A DNA stretch of 64,000 bases from Bdellovibrionales bacterium. Its GTDB lineage: Bacteria; Bdellovibrionota; Bdellovibrionia; Bdellovibrionales; UBA1609. The first letter of the stretch is position 1. The number at the start of each line of letters is the position of its first letter. Location of the stretch: positions 17,428 to 81,427 of the forward strand of contig JACOND010000005.1 of assembly GCA_014323935.1 (NCBI GenBank), in the 5' to 3' direction. A program made the translations under genes and the position numbers. The notes under the pieces are model-generated. The model was not told where the DNA came from, ran no database searches, and worked only from the letters and a program-made list of their open reading frames with translations. Below are positions 9,205-18,703 of this stretch, piece after piece.

Positions 9205-11042
9205 TAATCTCCTTGTTTAAAATAATACTCGATAATATCTCTTGCGACGCTAGCAGAACCTTTAGAGCCAGAACAGGAATGGTTTGTAAAAACAGCAACT
9301 ATAATTTCAGGTTTGTGACTTGGAGCAAAACCAATAAACCAGCCATGATGTCTTTTTTCTAAAGGCATTTCAAGACAATTCTTATATAGTTCTTTAGACT
9401 TTAAGGAAACAACTTGAACAGTTCCGGTTTTACCTGAAAATTCAACAAAAGGAAGCTGATACCACCGGGCCGTTCCTTTAGCCCCTTGAACAACATTATA
9501 AAGTGCTTTTTTAACTGTGATAAAATGTTTTCTATCGATTCGATCACTTATGCTATCTAAAATAACAGGGACATTCATATGTTGTCCTTGTTTTTTAACT
9601 AGGAAAGGTTTTACTAAAATCCCTTCAGTTGCAATAGCATTGTAGGCAACAGCTAATTGTAGGAGAGTTGTTAATAAAGAGCCTTGACCAATAGAGACGT
9701 TAATAGTATCTCCTAGGTTCCAAATTTGATTTTTTTTTCTTTGAGGTAAATAGCCTGAGGCTTCCTTTGTTAATTCAATTCCTGTTTTTTGTCCTAGTCT
9801 AAAAAGTTTTGAATAATAACTCATTTTATCTATTCCCAGTTGATCTCCTATCTGATAAAAAAAAGTGTTTGAAGATCTTTCAAGAGCTGTTAGGACATTA
9901 ATTTTTCCATAACCAAGAGGATTGTGGTCATGAAAGATTGAGCTTCCTAAACGGAAAGTCGAGGGACTGTGGATTAAAGTTTCTTCTGAAATAAGACCTT
10001 CTTGAAGAGCGGCTAGAGCCATAAAAGGTTTAAAAACAGAGCCAGGGGGATAATGCTCTTGATAGACTTTATTTATAAAAACTTTAGAATCTTTAGAAGA
10101 TAAATTTTTCCATACCTGTTCGGAAAGACCTAAGCTGAATTTATTGGGATTGAAGCTAGGATCACTGAGTAAAGCTAGAATTTCCCCATTTGTTTTCATG
10201 ATAAGAACAGCTCCTGTTCTAGGATAAAGCTCATCCTTTCTTTTTAAAGCTTTTAAAGCGATTTCTTGTAAATCCTTATCTAAAGTTAAAGATATGTTTT
10301 CTCCTTGAATCGGGGATATTTTTAAAAAATCAAAATAAGAAGAGTCTGTGACTAAAAGGTGGTTTTGAGCATTCACTTCTATCAGAGAAAATCCATTTTG
10401 ACCTTTGAGGTATTTATCATAGATTTTTTCTAAGCCACTTTTTCCAACAATATCAGATAAGTAAACTTGTCTGTTTTGTTTTTGAATTTTTTTGACTTCC
10501 TTTTTAGAAATAGATCCAATAAATCCTAAAAGTTGAGCTCCATTTTCTTTTAAGGGATAATATCTTTTTTCCTTTTCTTCTACTTGAATTTCAGGGTAAA
10601 TCCACTGCAATTGTTTTAGGTGATGTATTTCTGTAAGAGTTAAATTTTCCTTTAAAACAACAGGGTGGAAAAAGTTGAATCTTTTTTGACTTTTATCAAT
10701 AATCTCTCTCAGGTCAGGAAGAGGTTTTTGAATGATTTTTGATATTTTTTCTAAAACTTGTGTAAGAGAAGGAGTGTGTGTATTGATAATGAGTTGAAAT
10801 ACTTTTGTATTTCCTGCAAAAAGTTTGCCCTTTCTATCTAAAATGAGTCCTCTCGGTGCTATAAGAACCTTTTTTTTAAAGCGGTTGTTATCCGAGAAAT
10901 GTTTAAAATTTTCTCCTTGATAGATTTGAAGATACATCAATCTTAAAAGTAAAATCAAAAACAAAAAGCCAGTTAAACTTATTAAAAATAAGAATCTATG
11001 AGTATGAGATTTTATTTCAAATTCTTGTTTTTGATCAATCAT
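9204..11042 (-). CDS. mrdA: penicillin-binding protein 2 (elongasome transpeptidase)
   Basis: 612 aa with an N-terminal TM anchor. Transpeptidase motifs SxxK (SVFKP), SxN (SSN) and KTG (KTGT). Lies in mreC-mreD-mrdA-rodA order. Confidence 0.9.
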   Translation of the reverse strand: MIDQKQEFEIKSHTHRFLFLISLTGFLFLILLLRLMYLQIYQGENFKHFSDNNRFKKKVLIAPRGLILDRKGKLFAGNTKVFQLIINTHTPSLTQVLEKISKIIQKPLPDLREIIDKSQKRFNFFHPVVLKENLTLTEIHHLKQLQWIYPEIQVEEKEKRYYPLKENGAQLLGFIGSISKKEVKKIQKQNRQVYLSDIVGKSGLEKIYDKYLKGQNGFSLIEVNAQNHLLVTDSSYFDFLKISPIQGENISLTLDKDLQEIALKALKRKDELYPRTGAVLIMKTNGEILALLSDPSFNPNKFSLGLSEQVWKNLSSKDSKVFINKVYQEHYPPGSVFKPFMALAALQEGLISEETLIHSPSTFRLGSSIFHDHNPLGYGKINVLTALERSSNTFFYQIGDQLGIDKMSYYSKLFRLGQKTGIELTKEASGYLPQRKKNQIWNLGDTINVSIGQGSLLTTLLQLAVAYNAIATEGILVKPFLVKKQGQHMNVPVILDSISDRIDRKHFITVKKALYNVVQGAKGTARWYQLPFVEFSGKTGTVQVVSLKSKELYKNCLEMPLEKRHHGWFIGFAPSHKPEIIVAVFTNHSCSGSKGSASVARDIIEYYFKQGD

Positions 11043-11559
11043 GGTTTAAAATCTCCTCGGATTTAGGAAAGTATCTTTTTAATAAAGGAAGTTGTAACAC
11101 AGATAAAATACCTGTTATAAGAGATTTAGAAAAGTAAAAAACGATATGATTCCAAAAAGATAATTTCTCTAGAAAAAAACTTTTTTCTATGAGGAAGTAA
11201 AAAGAAAAGCTAAAAATATAGCTTAAGATAAAAAAAATTAAAGTTGAATGAAATAAAAAGATTTTTTTTAAAAACATTAATGTTATAAAACCAGAGATAT
11301 AAATCAAGAAAAGATTAGGAAAAGAATTAGATAAAAATGCACTTGAGAGTAAGGAAATAAAAATTAATAAGAACAGAGCTGAAGAAAAACTTTTATATAA
11401 AAAAAAATAAAAAAGAGCTGGCCACAAAAAATTAGGAATACAAAAGGAGGGTAAAAATAAAGGTAAAAAAGAATTTTGCAAAGAAACAAGAAGGATGAGT
11501 AGGACAATAAATATAATCCAAGAAAAAATATTTTTCTTATAATTTAATTTATTTTCCAT
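11035..11559 (-). CDS. mreD: rod shape-determining protein MreD (by position and topology)
   Basis: 174-aa very hydrophobic multi-TM ORF lying between mreC and mrdA and overlapping both. The sequence itself is low-complexity. Confidence 0.6.
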   Translation of the reverse strand: MENKLNYKKNIFSWIIFIVLLILLVSLQNSFLPLFLPSFCIPNFLWPALFYFFLYKSFSSALFLLIFISLLSSAFLSNSFPNLFLIYISGFITLMFLKKIFLFHSTLIFFILSYIFSFSFYFLIEKSFFLEKLSFWNHIVFYFSKSLITGILSVLQLPLLKRYFPKSEEILNHD

Positions 11560-12415
11560 CTAAGATTTCTTGCTCATTGTAATTTAAAGGAGATTTAAAG
11601 GGTTTTAATATGATAAAAACCTCTTCTAAAGAATCAAAATTGACAAAGGGTTGAATGTAAATTTCAGGATAAGATTTGTTTTCAATCGGGGAGGCGTTTT
11701 TTATTTCTCCTACTAAGAATCCCGGAGGAAATTGATTAGAGGATTCTGTAATTAAAACATCTCCTTCTTTAAAGTTATTTAAAGCTTGATTAGAATGTAA
11801 ATTTTTGTCCCAAAGGTTCCATTTTAACTGATTCAAAGAATTTACAGCTAAACCCACTTGCCGGCTCCTTCTGTTCCGGACAGGAAGAGAAAAAAGAGAG
11901 TGTTGTAAAGTTATTATTTGTGAGGAATTAGGACTTGTTTGTAAAACTAGGCCAACCACCCCTTTAGGATGTAACACACCCATAAATTTTTTGACTCCAT
12001 GGTCAGATCCTTTATTAATAAGGAGTAAGTTTTTTCTTGCTAAAAGATCATAGCTGGTGATTTGAGCGGCTAGCAATTTTAAATTCGTTTTTGTTGAAAA
12101 ATTTAGGATTTGTCGAAATCTTTCATTTTCTTCTAAAGTGTCTTTAAAGCTTTGTTGTTGAATTTTTAAAATTGTGTTTTCTTGTTTTAAAAATTCATTT
12201 TCTTTTCTTAAATTTATCAAAAAAAGGTATTTTTGAATCGTTTTTGAAAGATCCGATTGAATTTTCACAAAAAGAGAATGTATTTCAGAAAAAAGGACAT
12301 AACTCTTATGTGTTAAAGGATCTTGATTGGATTTTTTATTAAAAGCATTGAGATTTATAGCTATTAGGATTAATAGAATCAGAAGAAAAATTTTTTTTAA
12401 ATAAAAAATATTCAT
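11549..12415 (-). CDS. mreC: rod shape-determining protein MreC
   Basis: 288 aa. N-terminal TM, a coiled-coil segment (ENEFLKQENTILKIQQQ), then beta-rich domains (GVVGLVLQTSPNSSQIITL, PPGFLVGEI) typical of MreC. Confidence 0.8.
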   Translation of the reverse strand: MNIFYLKKIFLLILLILIAINLNAFNKKSNQDPLTHKSYVLFSEIHSLFVKIQSDLSKTIQKYLFLINLRKENEFLKQENTILKIQQQSFKDTLEENERFRQILNFSTKTNLKLLAAQITSYDLLARKNLLLINKGSDHGVKKFMGVLHPKGVVGLVLQTSPNSSQIITLQHSLFSLPVRNRRSRQVGLAVNSLNQLKWNLWDKNLHSNQALNNFKEGDVLITESSNQFPPGFLVGEIKNASPIENKSYPEIYIQPFVNFDSLEEVFIILKPFKSPLNYNEQEILDGK

Positions 12416-12421
12416 AGACTT

Positions 12422-12458
12422 AATCTAATTTTTTGATAATCTATCAAAAAATTAGATT
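12422..12458. promoter_or_regulatory. perfect 17-3-17 palindrome in the divergent mreC / PpiD-like intergenic region
   Basis: AATCTAATTTTTTGATA-atc-TATCAAAAAATTAGATT. The arms are exact reverse complements. It starts 7 nt upstream of the mreC ATG. Confidence 0.6.
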
Positions 12459-12509
12459 TATTCCAACTGTTTGTTAGAAAGAAAAAAATTATAAGGAAGG
12501 AGATTTTTT

Positions 12510-13508
12510 ATGTTTGAGAAATTAAGAAGACCTGGAAGATCCTATAAAGATGGGGTTTTCAAAAAGTTTTTTTCTTATTTTGTTTTTGGAGCTATTTGTA
12601 TTGTTTTTTTATTTATAGCTCCTATGGGATCTCAATTAACAGGCAATAACGTTGTAGCTAAAGTAGGACCTTATAGAATTAGTTCAAGGGAACTGAGGAA
12701 TATTGAAGAAAATCTCAGACGGCAGTACCAAAACCGCATGGATTCTGATAATTCAGTTTTTCAAAAACAAATCAGAACTCAAGCTCTTCAATATCTTATA
12801 GATAGTTATTTAATTTATATTTTAACTCAAAAAGAAGGTTTCTTTATTACAGATCAAGAACTAAGAGATATGATTCAGAGTTTGCCTGTGTTTCAAGACA
12901 AAGGACGTTTTTTATATTCCCAGTACATAGCTTTTTTAAAAAGTCAAAATCTAAGTCCTCATCGTTTTGAAGAAAGAATTCGTCGATCTCAATTAGGAGA
13001 AGTTATGAGTGATCTTTTTGATAAACTTGCTCCTCCTAATGATTTGGAGTTAGTTAAAAAAGCAGAGAAATATCAATTTAAGATTAATTTTCAATATGTA
13101 GAATTAAAGATAGAGGAAGTTGAAGAAGAAAAACTAAGGGATTTATTAAAACTTCAAGATAAATCAGGAATCAATCGTTTTTTGAGTCAATTAAATATTC
13201 AATGGAAGGAAACAGGAGTTTTTTCTTTATTTTTACCTATAAGACAAGAGATAGCTCAAAATAAAAAAATCAGAGAAGCTTTGATTTCCTATCTTCCTGA
13301 AACAGGAGTTATTCCTTCTTTAATTAGAGATAATAATAAAATTTATATTGTAAATGTGTTATCTTTTTCACAGCAAGAAATAGATTCTGAAGAAGAAAGA
13401 TTAGAGAGGCTTTTTAGTCGTAACTTTAAAAAATCAGGATTGTTGTTTGATTCTTGGTTATCTTTTTACGAGGAAAAGATTAAAATTCAAAAAAAAGATA
13501 CGATTTAA
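12510..13508 (+). CDS. PpiD/SurA-N-terminal-domain-like periplasmic chaperone (no parvulin domain seen)
   Basis: 332 aa. Short cytoplasmic N-terminus, a single TM, then VVAKVGPYRISSRELRN and a helical chaperone-like region as in the PpiD/SurA N-domain. Too short to carry a PPIase domain. Confidence 0.5.
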   Translation: MFEKLRRPGRSYKDGVFKKFFSYFVFGAICIVFLFIAPMGSQLTGNNVVAKVGPYRISSRELRNIEENLRRQYQNRMDSDNSVFQKQIRTQALQYLIDSYLIYILTQKEGFFITDQELRDMIQSLPVFQDKGRFLYSQYIAFLKSQNLSPHRFEERIRRSQLGEVMSDLFDKLAPPNDLELVKKAEKYQFKINFQYVELKIEEVEEEKLRDLLKLQDKSGINRFLSQLNIQWKETGVFSLFLPIRQEIAQNKKIREALISYLPETGVIPSLIRDNNKIYIVNVLSFSQQEIDSEEERLERLFSRNFKKSGLLFDSWLSFYEEKIKIQKKDTI

Positions 13509-13696
13509 ATTGAAAAAGTTCCTTGTTCTAGAATTCTATCTTTGAATTGAGATTTAAATAGCAAAAAAATAACTTTTTCTATTTTTTAGTTTGGTTTTGA
13601 ATTGTTGGGGAAAGCTGACAAAAATTCTTTCTTTATAATGAAATCTTAAAAAAGGGATTTAATTAAAAATATAAAAAAACCGATTGAAGGATTAGT

Positions 13697-14722
13697 ATGT
13701 TTCAATGTTTTCTTATTTTTTTGTCTTTATTGTTTTCTCTCTCTTGTCACCGTTTAGAGATATATAATACAGTTCAACAAAATTTTGAAAGTAGTATGAT
13801 TGAACCAATGAGTAAAAGTGAAAGTGATTACTCTTCTCAAACTCATTTTAAGGAACATTTTGTAAGCCATAAATTAGATATGGTCTTTGTTTTAGATACC
13901 TCTGAAGATGCGAAAGTTTTTTATAAAGAAGATCGCTTAGGGTCTGATTTTTTAAGTTATTTTGAAAAGTATGATTGGAAGTTAGCATGGACTGATATGT
14001 CTGTTGATAGGCCGGCTGTTAAAAAGCAAGAAGAAGATTTTGAATCGGGATGTGATTTTATCTCTGATTTATTTATGACAGCTACGGGTGTTTTTGCGAA
14101 TTCTCCAGGGGTTGCTAGTTTTGGATTTGAAGGTTTAGTCAATTGTTTTGTTAATCTTTTTGATGGTTTTTCTGAAGATAACAACGAATATGCTAACGGT
14201 ACTTTTCTTCCTTTTGAAAATTCAAAACAAGCTCTTTATAAGCTCACCAAAGAGACTCCTAATAACAGTGCTATTTTACATGAAAGCTTACTCTTACCTA
14301 ATAATAAAAAAAATAAATATAAAGCTCCTATTTTAAAGGAAACTCCTTCTTTTCCTTTACTTTCTATGACTTTTTCACTGGCAAATAATTTATATAAAAG
14401 TTCTTCTGAGTTTTTTAGAGAGGATTCTTTAATAGTTTTTGTATTAGTATCTTTTTCAGATACAGAATTTCCTATTCGATCCCAAGTTTTTAAAGAGAGT
14501 GTCATAGAGGCCCTGGGGTCCGATGATAGGTTTAAAATTGTTTTAATTACTTTAACTGAAGAATCTAATATTTTTTGTACTTTTACTCATAACAAAGAGC
14601 CTCCTAAAAACATAGTTCAAATGATGAAGGAGATGAATCAACCTATTTTAGATATTTGCTCTCAGAATTTAGGACAGAAACTTTTTAATGAAATATTTAA
14701 AAATCTTGCTAGTCCTTTTTAG
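13697..14722 (+). CDS. hypothetical secreted protein or lipoprotein, weak vWA-like blocks
   Basis: 341 aa. Signal peptide ending LSLSC. DMVFVLDTSED and LIVFVLVSFSDTEF loosely resemble vWA beta-strand/MIDAS blocks, but the MIDAS is incomplete. Confidence 0.4.
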   Translation: MFQCFLIFLSLLFSLSCHRLEIYNTVQQNFESSMIEPMSKSESDYSSQTHFKEHFVSHKLDMVFVLDTSEDAKVFYKEDRLGSDFLSYFEKYDWKLAWTDMSVDRPAVKKQEEDFESGCDFISDLFMTATGVFANSPGVASFGFEGLVNCFVNLFDGFSEDNNEYANGTFLPFENSKQALYKLTKETPNNSAILHESLLLPNNKKNKYKAPILKETPSFPLLSMTFSLANNLYKSSSEFFREDSLIVFVLVSFSDTEFPIRSQVFKESVIEALGSDDRFKIVLITLTEESNIFCTFTHNKEPPKNIVQMMKEMNQPILDICSQNLGQKLFNEIFKNLASPF

Positions 14723-14740
14723 ATTTTTATTCAAGGAATT

Positions 14741-14769
14741 TTGAAAAAGAAAATCCTCTTTGGTATATA
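14741..14769 (+). promoter_or_regulatory. candidate sigma-70 promoter for trpS
   Basis: TTGAAA (14741-14746), a 17-nt spacer ending in TGG, then TATATA (14764-14769), about 65 nt upstream of the trpS ATG. Confidence 0.4.
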
Positions 14770-14835
14770 AAATTTTAGGGATGTGATTTTTATAAAACAC
14801 TTGAGAAAGTTTTTTGAATCTTTTATAACTTTAGT

Positions 14836-15828
14836 ATGAAAAAAATACTAACAGGTATTAAAGCTACAGGACAGGTTCATTTAGGAAATTACCTAGGGGC
14901 TATAAAGCCTTCTGTGGAGTTATCTAAATCTGATAAAATTTCTTCCTATTTGTTTATAGCAGATAGCCATGCCTTAACCTCTCATGTGAGTTTCTCTCAG
15001 TTGAATCAATCTGTTTATGAAATAGGGGCTACTTGGTTAGCCTGTGGTTTAAATACAGAGAAGGTTTTTTTTTACAGGCAGTCTGATATTCCCGAGTTGT
15101 TTGAATTGTATTGGATTTTATCTTGTATCACTCCTAAAGGTTTAATGAATAGAGCTCATTCGTATAAAGATAGAAAAGAAAAAAATATCAAATTAGGTAA
15201 AAAAGATTTAGATGATAAAATTTATATGGGACTTTATAATTATCCTATTTTGATGTCTGCTGACATATTGCTTTTTTCACCCGATGAAGTGCCTGTAGGA
15301 CAAGATCAAATTCAGCATTTAGAAATGGCTAGAGACATTGCAGGTAAATTCAATCATAGATATAAAACAGATTTATTTGTTCTTCCAAAAGCTTTTTTAA
15401 GAGATAAATCCGTTGTGTTAGGTTTAGATGGACAAAAAATGAGTAAAAGTTATAATAATACGATTCCTCTGTTTTTAGATTCCAATAAACTCTATAAACT
15501 TATTCGTAAAATCAAAACCGATTCTTCTTCCCTTCAAAAAAAAAAAGATACAAATTCTTGTTTGATTTTTCAGATTTATAAAGGTTTTGCAAGTTTAGAA
15601 GAGATTGATACTATGAAAAAACTTTATGCAGAAGGTATTGGTTGGGGAGAGGCGAAAGAGATTTTATTCCATAAACTAGAATCTTATTTTAAAGAGAAAA
15701 AAGAAATTTATAATTTCTATGTATCACAACCTAAACAATTAGATAAACTCTTAAAGCAAGGAGCTGAAAAAGTAAGAGTTGAAGCCTCTTCTTTTTTAAA
15801 AGAGATTAAAAAAGTGCTAGGTTTCTAG
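14836..15828 (+). CDS. trpS: tryptophan--tRNA ligase
   Basis: 330 aa class I aaRS. HIGH-type motif GQVHLGNYLG, KMSKS motif present (GQKMSKSY), and the TrpRS-typical GQDQIQHLE block. Confidence 0.95.
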   Translation: MKKILTGIKATGQVHLGNYLGAIKPSVELSKSDKISSYLFIADSHALTSHVSFSQLNQSVYEIGATWLACGLNTEKVFFYRQSDIPELFELYWILSCITPKGLMNRAHSYKDRKEKNIKLGKKDLDDKIYMGLYNYPILMSADILLFSPDEVPVGQDQIQHLEMARDIAGKFNHRYKTDLFVLPKAFLRDKSVVLGLDGQKMSKSYNNTIPLFLDSNKLYKLIRKIKTDSSSLQKKKDTNSCLIFQIYKGFASLEEIDTMKKLYAEGIGWGEAKEILFHKLESYFKEKKEIYNFYVSQPKQLDKLLKQGAEKVRVEASSFLKEIKKVLGF

Positions 15829-15859
15829 TTTTTTAAGAACAAGGGGAGAGATTTTCTAA

Positions 15860-16483
15860 GTGAAAATAAAAAGTGATATTCCTTTGATTTGTAGAAAATT
15901 ATCTCAAGCGGGTCTTATAGTGGCCTTTGAAGGTAATATCAGTGAGAGAAAAGGAGATAACATTCTTATTACACCTTCTCAAGTCAATAAATCAGACGTT
16001 CAAGCTCGTGACTTGTGTTTAATTAACAAGAAAGGAGAAACGGTTTATAAAAATTCATCTCATCAAGCCTCTTCAGAAAAATTTATGCATTTAGCTATTT
16101 ATGAAGTTCAAAAAAAAGCCTCTGTTATTATTCATGCTCATCCTCCTTCAGCAATAGCCTTAAGTTTAGCTCGTCCAAAATGGAAAGTTTTACCTCCTTA
16201 TCTTCCCGAAGTCTTGGTCACTTTAGGGGAGGTGCCTTTTGTTCCCTATACTTGTCCGGGAACAAAACAACTGGGAAAAGTTATTAAAAATTTTGTGAAA
16301 AAAAGTAAAGCTCTAATTCTCTCACGTCATGGAGCTCTCGTTTGGGCTGAAGACCTTTTGACAGCTTTTTCTTTTATGGAACTCTTAGAAGCTTGTTGTA
16401 AAGTGATAACTTTAGGAGAAGCTATGGGAAAAATTAAACCCTTAACTCAAAAGGAGTTGAGGACATTATCTAAATTGAAATAA
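15860..16483 (+). CDS. class II aldolase/adducin-family protein
   Basis: 207 aa with a GTG start. EGNISER, ITPS and HAHPP blocks are typical of the fuculose-phosphate aldolase/MtnB fold. Confidence 0.75.
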   Translation: MKIKSDIPLICRKLSQAGLIVAFEGNISERKGDNILITPSQVNKSDVQARDLCLINKKGETVYKNSSHQASSEKFMHLAIYEVQKKASVIIHAHPPSAIALSLARPKWKVLPPYLPEVLVTLGEVPFVPYTCPGTKQLGKVIKNFVKKSKALILSRHGALVWAEDLLTAFSFMELLEACCKVITLGEAMGKIKPLTQKELRTLSKLK

Positions 16484-16508
16484 AAAAACTATCAATGAGA
16501 GTTAAAAA

Positions 16509-17336
16509 ATGAATTCCAAATCTAAGCTGTCATCTTTAATCAATTTTGAAAGGGAGCTTCAAAAACATCTTCAAAAAAAATTTTCAAAAGCTCCTAGAAC
16601 AGCTCAAAGAATTTTAAAGAAATCAATATTTTATACTTTTAAAGGGAAATCCAGTCACTTTCGTCCTCGTCTTTGTTTTGCAACAACAAAAATTTTAGGA
16701 CAAAATCCAAAGAAAATTTTACCATGGGCTTTAGCTCTTGAGATGGTTCATACAGGGAGTTTAATTCATGATGATATGCCTTGTATGGATTATGCCAGCT
16801 TTAGAAGAGGGCAACTTTGTAATCATTTGGTTTTTGGTGAGGACGTAGCTTTGCTAGCAGGGACAGCTTTGTTTATAGAAAGTTTTTCTGTTTTAAAATC
16901 CTCTCTCTTTGATAAAAATAGAAAAGACTTTTTAGAGCTTTTAATTTCAACAATTGGGTTTCAAGGTTTAATGAGTGGACAGGTTTTAGATTTAAAAGAG
17001 AGGTCCTCAAGTAAAAAAGAAATTTTAAACACAATGCATTTAAAAACAGGGGTGTTAATCTCTGCTTGTGTCTTAGGGCCTGGTTTTTTATGGGCGGATT
17101 CTTCTCAGCAAAAAGCTCTTGAAAAGTTTTCTAAAAACTTAGGTCTAGCTTATCAGCTGGCAGATGATTATCAAGATGAAAAAAGTGTTCAAAGGAAATG
17201 GCTCTTTGAAAAGGGGATGTTTTTTTTAAAAGAAAGTTCAGAAGCTTTAAATTTTTTCGGGAAAAAATCAAAAGATTTAAAAATATTTATTTCTGAAATT
17301 AAAAGACGTTTTATCTTAAAACCAGAAAATCCTTAA
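16509..17336 (+). CDS. ispA: polyprenyl (farnesyl/geranylgeranyl) diphosphate synthase
   Basis: First Asp-rich motif IHDDMPCMD...RRG and second Asp-rich motif LADDYQD. Confidence 0.8.
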   Translation: MNSKSKLSSLINFERELQKHLQKKFSKAPRTAQRILKKSIFYTFKGKSSHFRPRLCFATTKILGQNPKKILPWALALEMVHTGSLIHDDMPCMDYASFRRGQLCNHLVFGEDVALLAGTALFIESFSVLKSSLFDKNRKDFLELLISTIGFQGLMSGQVLDLKERSSSKKEILNTMHLKTGVLISACVLGPGFLWADSSQQKALEKFSKNLGLAYQLADDYQDEKSVQRKWLFEKGMFFLKESSEALNFFGKKSKDLKIFISEIKRRFILKPENP

Positions 17337-18694
17337 AACGGAGGGCCTTCTTGAGGAGATGAGGGTTCACCAGGGATATGATTCATAAAAGTTCCAAAAT
17401 CAGGTAGCCATTTTAAATGGACTGTGCCAGTAGGCCCATTTCTATGTTTGTTGATAATTACTTCAGCTAGATTGTTTTCTTCTCCCTCGTCTTCAGATTT
17501 ATTATAGTAGCCATCTCTATAAAGCATCATAATTAAATCGGCATCTTGTTCAATGGCACCCGACTCTCTTAAGTCAGATAGAATCGGACGGCGATCTGAT
17601 CGAGACTCTACCCCACGATTTAATTGAGATAAGGTCAAGATGGGAATTTGGAGTTCTTTAGCAAAAGACTTTAATAAACGAGACATTTCTGAGACCTCTC
17701 TTTCTCTGCTTTCTGTTTTTTCTGGCAGTTGCATCAGTTGTAGATAATCTACAACGATTAAGTCTAAGCCATGTTTAGCTTTTAAACGTCTAGATTTCGT
17801 TCGAATTTCATAGGGAGAAAGGGGAGAGGAATCATCGATAAAAAGTGGAATAGAACTTAATTGTCCAGCCGCATTAATGAGATCACTCCATCGTTTTTCT
17901 TGAATTTGACCGCTCATAACTTGTGATAAATTAATATGAGAGAGAGCAGAGAGTAATCTCATCAAAATAGATTCTTTTGACATTTCTAAGGAAAAAAAGG
18001 CGACTGTTTTTTTTTGTAAAGCATTATGAAGAGCAAAATTGAGGCTTAAAGCTGATTTTCCCATAGAGGGGCGGGCTGCTAGTATAATCAACTCTGAATT
18101 TTGAAAACCTGAAGTGATGTGATCGAGTTCAGGGAAAGAAGAAGATAATCCTGTGATAGAAATTTTTTTATGAAATAAATCTTCTAGTTTTTTTATTCCA
18201 GATTCTACTAAGTTATGAACAGGAGTTAATTCAGAACTTATATTACGATTGTTTAATTTAAAAATTTCAGATTCTAAATAGTCCATTAAATGTTCTATTT
18301 TTTTATAATCTTCTTTATAGGCTTTTTCTATAAAATCTTCTGACTTTTTTATTATTTTTCTTAAGGTGGATTTTTCAAGAGTGATTTTTGCATAAGCTTT
18401 AATATTAGCTTTCGAGGCTAATTTATGAATCAAATCACTTAAATAACCCGTTCCCCCTACTTGTTCTAACTCCTTGTTGTTTTTAAGAGAATTGGCAACA
18501 GTTATAGGGTCAGAGCTTTGACCTTTTTTATAAAGCTCTTTGATATGTGAAAAAATGGTTTTGTGAGCTGGTTGAAAAAAATCTTCTGGTTTTAAATAAT
18601 CTGCAATCTCATCCCAGTCCTCCTCTTCACCCATAAGGAGAATTCCAAGAAGAGCTCGCTCTGATTCTAAATTTGAAGGTAAAACGTCTCTCAT
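17333..18694 (-). CDS. dnaB: replicative DNA helicase DnaB
   Basis: 453 aa. N-terminal domain (LESERALLG), Walker A ARPSMGKSAL and RecA-like C-terminal blocks (SQLNR, DADLIMMLYRD). Confidence 0.95.
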   Translation of the reverse strand: MRDVLPSNLESERALLGILLMGEEEDWDEIADYLKPEDFFQPAHKTIFSHIKELYKKGQSSDPITVANSLKNNKELEQVGGTGYLSDLIHKLASKANIKAYAKITLEKSTLRKIIKKSEDFIEKAYKEDYKKIEHLMDYLESEIFKLNNRNISSELTPVHNLVESGIKKLEDLFHKKISITGLSSSFPELDHITSGFQNSELIILAARPSMGKSALSLNFALHNALQKKTVAFFSLEMSKESILMRLLSALSHINLSQVMSGQIQEKRWSDLINAAGQLSSIPLFIDDSSPLSPYEIRTKSRRLKAKHGLDLIVVDYLQLMQLPEKTESREREVSEMSRLLKSFAKELQIPILTLSQLNRGVESRSDRRPILSDLRESGAIEQDADLIMMLYRDGYYNKSEDEGEENNLAEVIINKHRNGPTGTVHLKWLPDFGTFMNHIPGEPSSPQEGPPF

Positions 18695-18703
18695 TAAAAA
18701 CCT

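Noticed and set aside
13957-14505. Three small ORFs (13957..14184 -, 14148..14336 +, 14236..14505 -) overlapping the 13697..14722 ORF
   Set aside because: They overlap a longer ORF that has a signal peptide. They have no RBS or motifs and are most likely frame noise in AT-rich DNA.
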